From Octopus vulgaris (lineage: Eukaryota), in NCBI GenBank assembly GCA_951406725.2, contig OX597814.1:84816001-84880000 (forward strand): 64,000 nucleotides of DNA. The letters run 5' to 3'. The position numbers were made by a program, and so were the translations under genes. Of this stretch, positions 1-10,967 are shown in pieces. Numbering within the stretch: position 1 is the stretch's first letter; every line of letters begins with the position of its first letter. The notes below the pieces were generated by a model that saw nothing but the letters and a program-made list of their open reading frames with translations, was not told where the DNA came from and searched no databases.

Positions 1-138
1 GATGCAAAAGACAAACTGCATGAAGCATGCTTAAAATGTGTGACAGAACATTATAGTGAGATTATGGGTATTGAACATAGAAGAGAAATAAAGTAAGCAG
101 GATCTGTTAGTGTGTCATGTTAACTTGTTTGGAAAAAT

Positions 139-490
139 TGGCTGAGTGGTAAGAAGTTTGCTTCTTAACCACATGGTTCAAGGTACAGTCCCACTGTATG
201 GCACCTTGGGTGAGTATCTTCTACTACATCTTCAGGCCACTAGTAAGTGGGTTTGGTAGATGGAAACTGAAAGAAATCCATTGAAAATATATTCTTTTAC
301 TTGCTTCAGTCATGCATGCATGCATGCATGCATGTATGCATGTATGTATGTATGTATGTATGTATGTATGTATGTATGTATGTATGTATGTATGTATGTA
401 TGTATGTATGTATGTATGTATGTATGTATGTATGCATGCATGCATCTGCATGTCCCACAGTCTAATGACTGAAATAAGTGAACGATGCAA
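139..490 (+). mobile_element. tRNA-derived SINE family A (CORE-like CCTTGGGCAAGTGTCTT), with an internal (ATGT)n tract
   Basis: Head TGGCTGxGTGGTAAG...GGTTCAGTCCCACTG and tail GACTGAAACAAGTAAAAG recur throughout the window (also 1639, 4397, 10968, 22212, 30210, 41780, 45082 and 49775 on +; 19735, 20820 and 57360 on -). Confidence 0.8.
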
Positions 491-836
491 ACTAAAACAA
501 ATCAGTTGAAAGAGAATATGGGCATTAAAAATGTCCCTCAATGTATAAGGAGAGATGGTTGTTTATGTATGGGGAAGTGATATGAATGGATGATGAAGAA
601 TAAGTAAAAATCTATCATGCAGGGTATCTACAGCAAAAGAAGATTGGGTAACATGTGCAAAGAAATTATGAAACTAGGCCATAGGAAATGTTGAGCCTTA
701 TAGTAGCAATATAATAAATAGTAGACCATGATATATAGGAAAAAAATGGATGGCTAAAATGCTGATGATAATATAGTGACTGCTGAAAATAATTAAGCTG
801 CCATGTTCTCATTAGAGGTGTCTAAAAAGATTTTAT

Positions 837-1069
837 TTAATCTTTAGTGTTTAAACTGGCCATATTGACCTCAAAATTTCAACCTATTTTATGTTAAAAC
901 TGGCCAGATCTGGCCTCTCACACCTACCTTTACAATGTCATTTCAAAAATAAGCAATCACATCATCAAAATCTTGTAGTCACGAGATAAGATAATATATA
1001 ACTAATACAAAACAATATGAATGAATAAGCATTACATTTGACAGAATAATCTGAATGCTAAAGGGTAAA
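837..1069. mobile_element. piggyBac-type MITE, about 230 bp (termini TTAA(CC)CTTTAG...CTAAAGGGTTAA)
   Basis: Degenerate terminal inverted repeats bounded by TTAA. Related copies at about 30560-30726 and 36056-36252. Confidence 0.6.
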
Positions 1070-1181
1070 ATATGTTCAAAAGGTTTTTGTTCAAGAGTAG
1101 TATATGTTTCACACCGAGTGTCTGGCTTTGTATAGGAGGTTAAGGAAGAGTTAATAATGGTATCAACTGTGTGAGAATCAC

Positions 1182-1495
1182 TGTGGCTCAGTGATTAAAG
1201 TATTCAGCTCATAATCATAACATCGTAAGTTCAATACCTGGTGGTGCATTGTGTCCTTGAGTAAGACACTTTATTTTACATTGCTCCAATCCAGTCAGCT
1301 GGTAAAGATGAGTAGTAGTTTACTTCAAATGGCCAACCATGTCACATTCAGTTTCATGTTGAATCTCTCTGAGAACTATGTTAAGGGTACACATGTCTGT
1401 GGAGTGCTCAGCCCCTTTTACATTAATTTCACAAGCTGGCTGTTCTGTTGATTAGAGCAACTAGAACCTGCATTGTTGTAACCGACAGAGTGCCA
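1182..1495 (+). mobile_element. tRNA-derived SINE family B (GTGTCCTTGAGxAAGACACTTTA core)
   Basis: A-box-like TGGCTCAGTG and B-box-like GTTCAATACC. Aligns end to end with an inverted copy at 2430-2726. Confidence 0.75.
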
Positions 1496-1524
1496 GTTTA
1501 TTTGTGCTAAGCAAGCAAACTCAC

Positions 1525-1601
1525 CTTCATTTCTTGAGGCATTGGGATTCCACTGATGGAAGGAACGTTCATAATTATCACTGCTACATTTTCTATATGA
1601 T
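1525..1601 (-). CDS. LRRC43: LRRC43-like exon (DHIENVAVIIMNVPSISGIPMPQEMK); gene continues beyond the left edge
   Basis: Acceptor ttttgtag|, donor AAG|GTGAGT, 77 nt, phase 1 to 0, in frame with the previous exon. Confidence 0.85.
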
Positions 1602-1638
1602 CTACAAAAGAAAAAATATTACTAAAAATATCCCTATA

Positions 1639-1802
1639 GGCACAGGCATGGCTGTGTGGTAAGAAGCTTGCTTCTCAACCACATGGCTCCAGGTTCAGTC
1701 CTACTATGTGGCACCTTGGGTAAGTGTCTTTTACTATAGCCTCAGGCTGGCCAAAGCCTTGTGAGTGGATTTGTTAGACAGAAACTGAAAGAAGCCTGTT
1801 GT
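1639..1802 (+). mobile_element. SINE family A head followed by (TA)n
   Basis: GGCACAGGCATGGCTGTGTGGTAAGAAGCTTGC...GAAACTGAAAGAAGCC. Confidence 0.8.
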
Positions 1803-1803
1803 G

Positions 1804-1853
<50 letters not shown>

Positions 1854-2429
1854 ATACAAAGGAAGAAAATGGAGAATGTATACACAGAATAATCAATATA
1901 TTTTATTATAATAGTTAATTCATGTTGCCTATGCATATTTTGGTTTATTACTTAAATCCATATTCATGCATTTAAACTGCATTATGAACTTGAAAAAGCA
2001 AAACCCTTCATCAGGATATAGGCAAAATTTAAAATTGAAATTAAAATTCTTCAGACCAAGCTTAAATTCTAATAGTAATAATACACAAAACAAGATTCAC
2101 AATAATGATATTAACAGGGAAATAAACAAATATAAAGATAAAATAATTAAAGATAACACATAACATAAGAGAACAATAGAGTAACAAGCTTAGAAAATAA
2201 ATACTGGAGTTGAGTACTTTAACTAAAAACATTCAAAACAATGCCCTGACATGGCTGCAGTCCAATGACTAAAACAAGTAATAGATACAAGAACTAAAGT
2301 GTTATCAAAATGCCATCATATAGGGAAAAAAAATTTATCTATACCAGTGAGTCTCAGATGGTATACTGATGTGCTGCAAAGAGCGTCTAAGTGTGTAGTT
2401 GAATTTTAAATATAAAATATAACTAGCAT

Positions 2430-2726
2430 TCTGTCAGTTTATCTGATCAATAGAACAGCTTGCTTGTGAAATTAACATGCATGTGGCTGAGCACTCCACA
2501 GACACAATGTACCCTTAATTTGGTTCTCAGGGAGATTCAGCATGACACGGAATGTAACAAGGCTGGCCCTTTGAAATACAGGTACTACTCATTTTTGCCA
2601 GCTGAGTAGGCTGGAGCAATGTGAAATAAAGCATCTTGCTTAAGTACACAATGCATTGCCAGGAATTGAAATCATGCCCTTATGATTGTGAGCTGAATAC
2701 CCTGACCACTAAGCCATGCGCCTTCA
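2430..2726 (-). mobile_element. SINE family B, inverted copy
   Basis: Reverse complement of 1182-1495, roughly 75-80% identical by eye. Confidence 0.75.
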
Positions 2727-3064
2727 TAAAATATATAATATAAGACTCAAGAAAATCTATAGTAATGGTTTGTTAACATGTTATTCATAATCTTGTTATA
2801 TTTAAGTATAATTAATAAAATAAAATAAGCAATAGATTTCTAGCTATTTTCATTTTTCGAAATTTTTTACTTTAACCTGCTAATGGTGAAGTTAAATATC
2901 ATTGTTATTCTAGTAATGAAACTAAAACTAAAAAAAAAAGTATCAAAAAATATATTGATATATAACCTACTTTTCACATTTAAGGGTAATAAAACAATAA
3001 GCGGATAAATCTGATTTCCACAGTAAAAAGGTTAAAAACCTAGATTTTTAAAAAACTTTCTCTG

Positions 3065-3248
3065 CAAAGTGCATTAGTAATTTTTACCTTTCTATGGGAA
3101 GTGAAGGAAGTGAATCAATAGTTTTTAAGTTTTCATGGGAAGTGTACAAGTAATTTATAACCTACCATGGAAAGTGTATTAATGATATTTTAATCCACCA
3201 AGGTAGGTGTACTAGTCATTTTAAATTTTCAATGTGATGTACACCAAT
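3065..3248. repeat. Diverged minisatellite, about 31-bp unit, about 6 copies
   Basis: Recurring CATGGGAAGTGTAxTAGTxATTTTTAA-like unit. Confidence 0.5.
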
Positions 3249-3376
3249 ATATATATTTTTTTTATTTCTAGTGTATCAAAAATTCAAAATGTTTGAGAAA
3301 CACTGATTTAAAACACATCATGGTATCATGAAATTATTTTAAAATTGAAATTTGTGGAAAGCATACAAAAACTCAC

Positions 3377-3494
3377 CTTTGTACATTTGGAGATCCTTAA
3401 AATGAAATCTTTCATCAGCTCTGATTGTAATATAATCCAAAACCACCAGGAGGGGTAAACTGGCAATGACAAAGCCACGATATCCTGTAACAAG
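3377..3494 (-). CDS. LRRC43: LRRC43-like exon, LRR cap (LVTGYRGFVIASLPLLVVLDYITIRADERFHFKDLQMYK+G)
   Basis: Acceptor ttttaaag|, donor G|GTGAGT, 118 nt, phase 0 to 1. YRxxVIxxLPxLxxLD LRRcap motif. Confidence 0.92.
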
Positions 3495-3582
3495 CTTTAA
3501 AAAATTACAGAAATTTAGAATTCACAACACTTTGAGATGTGAGTACATTTCATTCTATTTGAAAATTTCATTAATTCTAGAC

Positions 3583-3790
3583 AAAGGTGGGGCAAGCTTG
3601 CAGAGTTGTCATTATGCAGGACAAAATGCTAAGCAATATTTCTTCTGAGTTCAAATTCCACCGAGATCAACTTTGTCTTTCAAACTTTTGGGGCTGATAA
3701 AATAGAATACCCTTTGGGCACTGGGGTCAATGTATTGACTAGCCCTGTCCCACAAAATTTCAAGCTTTGTGCTTATAGTAGAAAGGATTA
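3583..3790 (+). mobile_element. SINE family C (core GCCTTTCATCCTTTCGGGGTCGATAAA..GTACC, Meta/LF-SINE-like)
   Basis: B-box GAGTTCAAATTCC plus the conserved core. Other copies at 7890-8150(-), 24972-25160(+), 42880-43090(-), 49880-50062(-), 61173-61578(-) and 62450-62600(+). Confidence 0.7.
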
Positions 3791-4331
3791 TTTCTGGACA
3801 AAACATTTAACACTATAATCCCACAGAGATATAACCAATATAGTTTACGGCTACTTACCTACACATCAGTTACTAATGTTAGAATGTATTCTAGGCTGTA
3901 CAAATCTCAGCAGTCAATGTATCTCCAAATCTCCATAGAAAGACACAACAGACACAAAGATCCTCTCTCCTACTAAACCTCTTTTTCTATAATATAAACA
4001 ACTAGAATAGAGTAGGGTATGGTGAGCTCAGTGTACTCTAAAACCTACTTGCAGTTACCAAGATAAACAACAGTAAGATATGGGTGTAGTTATAAAATAG
4101 ACAAACATTTAAAGTGTAGTACTACTTGACTACTAGCTTAGAATTCATAAGTTCAAATCTATTGCAAATGTTTAACTGGTGTCCAATAAAAAAAGAAAAA
4201 AGCAAGAGAGGAGGCAACTGAAAGAGAGAGAGAGGGAAGGAGAAGAGGGAGTGTCTATCTTGCACCAGTATCCAATAGGGAGATAGAGAGAGAGAGTTTG
4301 TGTGTGCATGTGTGTGTGTATTATACAGTGT

Positions 4332-4395
<64 letters not shown>

Positions 4396-4774
4396 TAGGT
4401 ATGGCTGTGTGGTAAGGAGTTTGCTTCCCAACCACATGGTTTTAGGTTCAGTCCCACTGAGTAGAACCTTGGGCAAATGTCTTCTTCTATAGCCTTAAGC
4501 TGACCAAAGCCTTGTGAGTAGATTTGATAGACAGAAACTGAAAGAAGTCCATCGTGGTGCTATTAAGTTAGACATGGCTTGGGCCTGTGCTGGCTGAAAC
4601 CTATCTAAGTTAAGTTATTACAGTTCTATATTTAAGAGATGAGGAATTATGTACATTATTTACATTATTTAAGTCCTGGGGTCAATTTGTTCAACTAAAG
4701 GTGGTGCTCCAGTATGGCCACAACCAAATGACTGAAACAAGTAAAAGAATACATACATTCATACATACATATGT

Positions 4775-5706
4775 TTCCTCATATACAGGCAAAGCCATTG
4801 CCAGAAAGAATCACTGAAATGAGTCATTGTTGATGCAATGTGAGGCCCTTGTATAACTCTTGAGGCTGGCCAAAGATTTGAACACTCTATTGCATAATGT
4901 ACAGCTGTGCTGGCTGGCAGAAGGAACAGGTGCCATAGTATAAACTCTTTTGACATGCCTTTTCAATCCTCCAACTGAAAGGCACACCTTTCCGCAGGTT
5001 GCACATGTTCTGTTGTGAACAATAGCCATATTACAATTTACCATGGGTCGACTCCTGTGAGTTCTCTGATGGCTGACCAGGCCCACACAACTCAAGCATC
5101 TCCTCCATCAATGACACTCACAAAAAGCAACACTAACTCATTTTCCACAAGTTCATTCCTGCTAAGCCTTCTCTTAATCTTTCCATGCTTCATTTTCTCT
5201 CTTTCAAATCTCAAAAAAACCACTGTGCTCCATCTTGCTTGCTCCATTCTCTGTATAAAAATATACAGAGTAGCAATTCCTTCTTTATTTAGTATTTCTT
5301 GTTTTTTTTTAATTTTTAAATTTGTTGTTTTTGTTGTTATTAGGATTTGTGGTTGAAAACAAAGGTGCGAAGAAATCAATCAACCATTTCAAAGTTGGAA
5401 TCAACGGAAGAGCAAGTGCTCCACTCTCTTGTTCCATCCATCTCAGTCATATGCCTCCCTCCCCCAATCAACAACTGAAACTCCTGTCTGTGTCAGAGCA
5501 ATTCTGAGGCAGTCCTTGAACCTCATTTTGGGTTTATGTGCTGGTCTCCTACCATCTTCCAGCTCACCATACAAAAGGTGTTTGAGAAGTCTTTCATAAT
5601 TTATTCTTACTAGATGCTCACCCCACCTCAAATGACTTTGCAGAATCATTGATTCTACACTTCTACTACCACTTCTCTCAAGTACCTCCACATCACTGAT
5701 GGCCAT
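4775..5706 (-). mobile_element. 3' fragment(s) of an RTE-clade LINE with a C-terminal double C2H2 zinc finger
   Basis: RTE C-terminal motif LRWGEHLVR...LLYGELEDGRRPAHKPKMRFKDCL, then CATCGKVCLSVGGLKRHVKR and CTLCNRVFKSLASLKSY...H, then an (ATGT)n tail. Confidence 0.8.
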
Positions 5707-5841
5707 ATATTTATATATACATACATATATGTACGTATGTATACATATATATTTTCTTTGGTGAATTACCTATTGGAGCACTCAGGACACATGTCTATTA
5801 GTTTGGGTTACCTTGACCTAAACTCTTCATATCTTCTGTAT

Positions 5842-5884
<43 letters not shown>

Positions 5885-6530
5885 TATATATTTACATGTG
5901 TGTGTCTTTGTGTCTGTGATTGTCCCCCACCACCGCTAGCCAACTGGTGTTGGTGTGTTTACATCCCTGTAACTTAGTGGTCTGGCAAAAGAAACTGATC
6001 AAATAAGAAACAGGCTTAAAAAAAAAACAAGAAAAGAAGTGCAGAGATCAATTCATTTGACAAAAATTCTTCAAGGTGGTGCAGTAGCATGGCCACAGTC
6101 TAATGACTGAAATAAGTAAACAGTAAAAGAAAAAAGATGTGTGTGTATGTATGTATGTATTTAATGATATTACAGAGGCATAATTGCTACTGATAAATAG
6201 TTGTTAGAATTCATTATGTGTATGCTAAAACAGGTGAGTACAGGGTGTAATATAAATTACTGAATGACAAGTAAGCAAGAGGTATGTATTCAACTTCATT
6301 AGCTAAGATCTGGAGTCAAGCACTCAGCTCTGAATTCATTGCTTCTTATAGCAGAACAGTGTAAGGCAATGAAGTTGATTACATGATTCATTCCCTGAGT
6401 ATTCAATAACATATATATATAATTTAAAAATAGGATAAAATCTTTATAAGAATTTATCAAGTAGTTAACGTGAAAAACCTCATAAGAGAAAAGTCCACCA
6501 ATTTTTTCTCTTAAATATATTTATTTATAT

Positions 6531-6787
6531 TACATAGAGGGTATTACTAAACAGAAATGCCACATGCTAGGAGGGACTTTTAAAGTCAAAACTACCAAAA
6601 TAAATGAACACATCGTACCAAGTGTGAGGGAATGTAACTCTCGAAGCAAGCCACTGTTTTTAAGTGGCTTGCTCTCAGAATTACATTCCTTCGCACTCAG
6701 TATGATGTGTTTATTTATTTTGGTAGTTTTGACTTTAGAAGTCCCTCTTAGTGTGTGGCATTTATGTATAATAATACCCTTTATATA
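6531..6787. repeat. Imperfect palindrome / foldback element, about 255 bp
   Basis: Arms are reverse complements (AAAGTCAAAACTACCAAAATAAA / TTTATTTTGGTAGTTTTGACTTT), centred near 6658. Confidence 0.85.
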
Positions 6788-6832
<45 letters not shown>

Positions 6833-6994
6833 TATGTATATATATACATATATATGTATAAACAAGTTAATAATAATCATGATGATAATGATGATGATGA
6901 TATGTGGCCTGTAGCAAACAAGCTGATGTAGACCAGAAACACACCCAACAGTGGCTACGGAGCTCTGGGCTAAAGACAGAGAGTGAAGGCTTTA

Positions 6995-7830
6995 TCTTGG
7001 CTGCCTAAGATCAGTGCATATTGATTCAGAACTATCAAGCCAATGTGATGAAAAATGGTGTAGACCCAAGGTGCTGATACAGCAATGATGGGATAAAAAC
7101 AGTGGACCACCTAATCTCTGGATGTAAGGTTTTAGCACCTGTAGAGTACAAATCAAGACATGACAGGATTGGTCAATAATTTCACTGGATAATGTGTTTG
7201 CATTATAAAATGAAAACTGCTGACAAATGGTACAAGCATCATCATGAGGGAAAAAATGTAACTATTCTTTGGGACTTCCCAGAATGTACAGACAGGACCA
7301 TCAAAGCAAATTAACCAGATATTGTGAAAGACCAAAACAATAGAGTCTGTTTATTGATTGACATGAACATACCTTGTGACCATAATATCTAAGTAAAAAA
7401 ATTTGATAAGCTCAGAAAATATAAAGATTTGCTCATCAAAATCAAAAAGATGTGGCGTCTCAAGACGGTTACAATACTAGTGATTGTAGGAGTTGGAATA
7501 ATCAAAAATTGAACTGGAAATTATTTAAGAATGATCCTTGGCTTACCATCCATGCAGAAAGTACAAAATATTGTCTTAAGTGGTACATTACACATATTGA
7601 GAAAAGCATTGTCACTGAATTTTCTTTCCTTTTTTCCTCCTTTATATTGTTTTATTTTTATTTTTCCCCTTTTCTCTCTGTCTTCCTCTTTTTCTCGATC
7701 ACATGACTTTGTAAATGAACAATCAGGTGTGTTTATTTTAATGGCCTACCAATGTATACAGTACATTTCTGTGCAATTAGGTATCAGAAAGACACTCGGC
7801 AAGAAATGGAAACAGAATTGAAAGAAGATG
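6995..7830 (+). mobile_element. Decayed R4/Dong-type non-LTR retrotransposon 3' end (CCHC plus REL endonuclease)
   Basis: Hand translation gives TVDHLISGCKVLAPVEYKSRHD, TILWDFP, PDIV...CLLIDMNIP, KLRKYKDL and GTLHILRKAL, followed by a TAA-rich tail. Confidence 0.75.
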
Positions 7831-8302
7831 CTAATGAAAATACTAGTAATAATAAAAATAATCATAATAATTATAATAATCTTTTCTACTAATAATTCTG
7901 CCAGCTTGCCACCTTACTATAATAATAATTATAATTCTTTCTACTAAAGGCACAAGGCTTGAAATTTGTGGGGAGGGGACTAGTTGATTGCATTGACCCC
8001 AGTGTTTCACTAGTACTTAATTTATTGACCCTAAAAGGATGAAAGGCAAAGTCCACCTCAGTGGAATTTGAACTCAGAACATAGCAATGGGCAAAATGCT
8101 GCAAAGCATCTCATCCAGTGTGCTAACAATTCTGCCAGCTTGCCGCCTTACTATAATAATGATGATGACAATGACGATGATGATGACAATGATGATATTT
8201 GATGATATACTGATGTTAGTTTAATTAAATAAAAATTGGTGAAGTTCCAGTTCAAAACTGTTGTCAAGTAAGAAATTAGAAAGATATTGAAAAGAACCTT
8301 AC

Positions 8303-8423
8303 TGAAAGTGGGTTGCCAACAAGAACCAAACTCTGAAGTTTGGGTAAATAACTGCATGCTTTAACTACTTGTCTCAGATCACATAGATCGTTATGAAGCA
8401 AATCCAAAGACAATAATTGCGGC
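8303..8423 (-). CDS. LRRC43: LRRC43-like exon, LRRs (W-PQLLSLDLLHNDLCDLRQVVKACSYLPKLQSLVLVGNPLS)
   Basis: Not in the ORF track; translated by hand. Acceptor ttgcag|, donor TCA|GTAAGG, 121 nt, phase 2 to 0. Matches recalled WPNLVSLDLGFNDL...LVLQGNPL. Confidence 0.92.
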
Positions 8424-10967
8424 CTGCAAGAATAGAGATATTAATTTTGATTAGGTGTTTCATAGTAGCCATCATATAAACATAATAGGTAAATGTTTTG
8501 TGATATAAATCAACTAGCCTTGTTTTGTGTTTCATTGTAGACAATTTTTAGACATGTGCAGCAAATCACAGAAGTTTGATCACAAAAACTCTTGTGAGAG
8601 AGAGAGAGGACAGAAAAATGTGTTGAGGTGTAAACTTTCACCTTCAAATTGTTAGCATAGTAATATCAACATATTTATAGATGTATACATTTGTGTACTT
8701 GTGTGATCATATATATATTTATTTAGTAGATACAACTCCTAACACACACACACATACACACACATACATACACACATTCATTATAGGTCTGTTTTTCCAT
8801 GCTAGCATATGTTGGACAGGAACCTGTTTTAGGAAAGATTTCACAACTGGATGCTTTTCTGATTGCCAGCCTTTACTTGTTTTCTTCAAGTAAGGGATTT
8901 TTAATTCCACAGGTCTTCAAAAGCATAGAATAGCTGGTTGCAATGTCAACAAGAAATGTCAACATCAGTACTGCTTCCTCAAAAGTGACAAGCAAAACAT
9001 CAGTATTGATGCATATTTGCATATTTGCATACACACAAAGGCATATACACATTAATAACAAATTGAAAGAAAAGAAAATCAACATCTGAACAGTGGATAA
9101 ACAATCTACACTAAGGCTGAATGCATTACACTGTCATATGGTTAGATGAAGGGAGGGATGAAAAGCAAAAGAAAAAGAGGGAGAGCGAAGTGTTAACAAT
9201 GTGTGGTAGGGGAAATGTAATAGTTATTACGTGATTAAAAAGTTAGTTGAAAGGAGAGATATAGAGTGAGTTAGAAATAGAATGTTTAGCAGAGAAGTGA
9301 TGTTCTGGTGATGAGGTTAAAGAAATGTAGAGAAAGAGAATGGAAGGTGGTTATATTGAGAGTGAGAGGTAGATAAAGTGAGAAGTGATGTTATGTCAGC
9401 TGATGCATTATGCTATCATGTAGTTAGTGGAAGTGAGAGATGAAGAGAAAGAGACACAGAGAAGGACATAATAAGGACATAAAGAAGAGAATGACATAGT
9501 TAAAAAGTTTGTTGAAGTTAGAGAGTGAGAGAGATAAAGTGTTTAGCAGAGGGAAATTCTAAACAGCATATATCATTGTGATTGACAAGAAAATAATATT
9601 CAGATATTCAATTTTCTATATCTTCTATCTGTCAGTCTACTTATTTACCTATCCACATTGACAAAGACATCAATGGGTGGGTGGTGGAAAGAAGTCTTAT
9701 ATTAGCTATAATAATAAACTTATCATAGATAGAAAGATAGATTTTTTTATGAAAGTGAAATAACTAAGCAAAATAGCTGAGGATGTTATTCATTTTTTTA
9801 TAATTTTTTAATCAGACCTTATATTGTCAGATTAGATAGATTCATTGACAGCAACAAAAGTAGATATAAACAAACAGCTGAACTGAACTGAAATGAAATG
9901 GGAATAATTTAGTTGACTGAGTTTTGTCACTGAAAATGATAGAGATGATGGTGGTGGTGGTGGTGGTGATGATGATGATGAGGGTAGTGAACGTGACAGT
10001 GGTGATGGGATAGTGAAAGTGTTTTTCTTTATTAAACTAAATTTTTTATATCGTCTGTCACTTAACGCACACATGTAAGTGCAACTATTCATCAGCTGCT
10101 CACTTGGAAGTTGATATTTGTTTATAAAATATGAATGACAGATGATGTAAACTAACAAGAGAATGAATGAGATGGCATAGGCAATGATATAAAGAGAACA
10201 ATCAAGGGGCAGCAGCATGTAGAAGGGAAAATATGAATCAAAGAGTGTAGAGTAAGTATTTACAATAGATAAGAAAATGTGTTCAAAATAGAATAGAAAA
10301 TGAAAATGAGAAAGAACATAAAAATAACTGTAAACATATAGTTGAAAGTTACAACATTGGTGCCATGAATATTTTCTGTAATCATTGTGAAGCTCTTAGA
10401 TTTATGAATAAATGTTTGAACTTTTGAGAGAATGGGTAAGTCATGTTCCCTCAATCACAGCCTTATCCAGAACTGAAAGGTTTTTTTAAAATGAAAATAA
10501 CGCAGAGTATATGGTTTCAAATGAAACACTAATTTTTATGGTTCTATATAAACTTACAACAACCTTAAATATTTCATATTTACCATGGAATTTTCCTGGA
10601 TACTACTAGCTTTTATTAATGGAATATATGTTACCTTTCTAAATTCTAAGGTTTCGTGTGGAGGAAAATCAGAATTTATTAAAACAGTTATTTAAATCAC
10701 AAATGATTCTGCCAATGTAATTGATGAGAGATTGATGTAAAACTACTCCTGTACTATCTGTAATTTTGTATTACACTCTTATCAACCACAAGGTAAAGTG
10801 TAAGTTTTAATTTAAATTCTAGTTGAATAAATGTTGATTTTTGTTAGTATGAATCTGTGGGTTTTAGAAAGGCAAGCTAACTTTTATTAACAAGTGTGTA
10901 CACATGTATCTATGTATACCTACATACACGCATACATGCATACATATAGATATACATACATACATAT

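Noticed and set aside
139-220. tRNA genes at A/B-box-bearing sequences
   Set aside because: All continue into SINE bodies and I could not fold a proper cloverleaf.
224-541. ORFs with HTYI, MYVC, LSLS, IIII, DDDD or HHHH runs (also 4122, 16307, 22331, 27265-27697, 34048, 35751-36066, 39840-40305, 43082)
   Set aside because: They are translations of microsatellites or low-complexity DNA, with no splice or homology support.
4811-5095. Host C2H2 transcription-factor exon
   Set aside because: Contiguous with RTE C-terminal motifs and a LINE tail, and duplicated at 49.4 kb.
10634-10757. Candidate extra minus-strand exon (tacag|...|gtaac)
   Set aside because: Stops in all three frames, and the 31844 to 8423 junction is already in phase and collinear.
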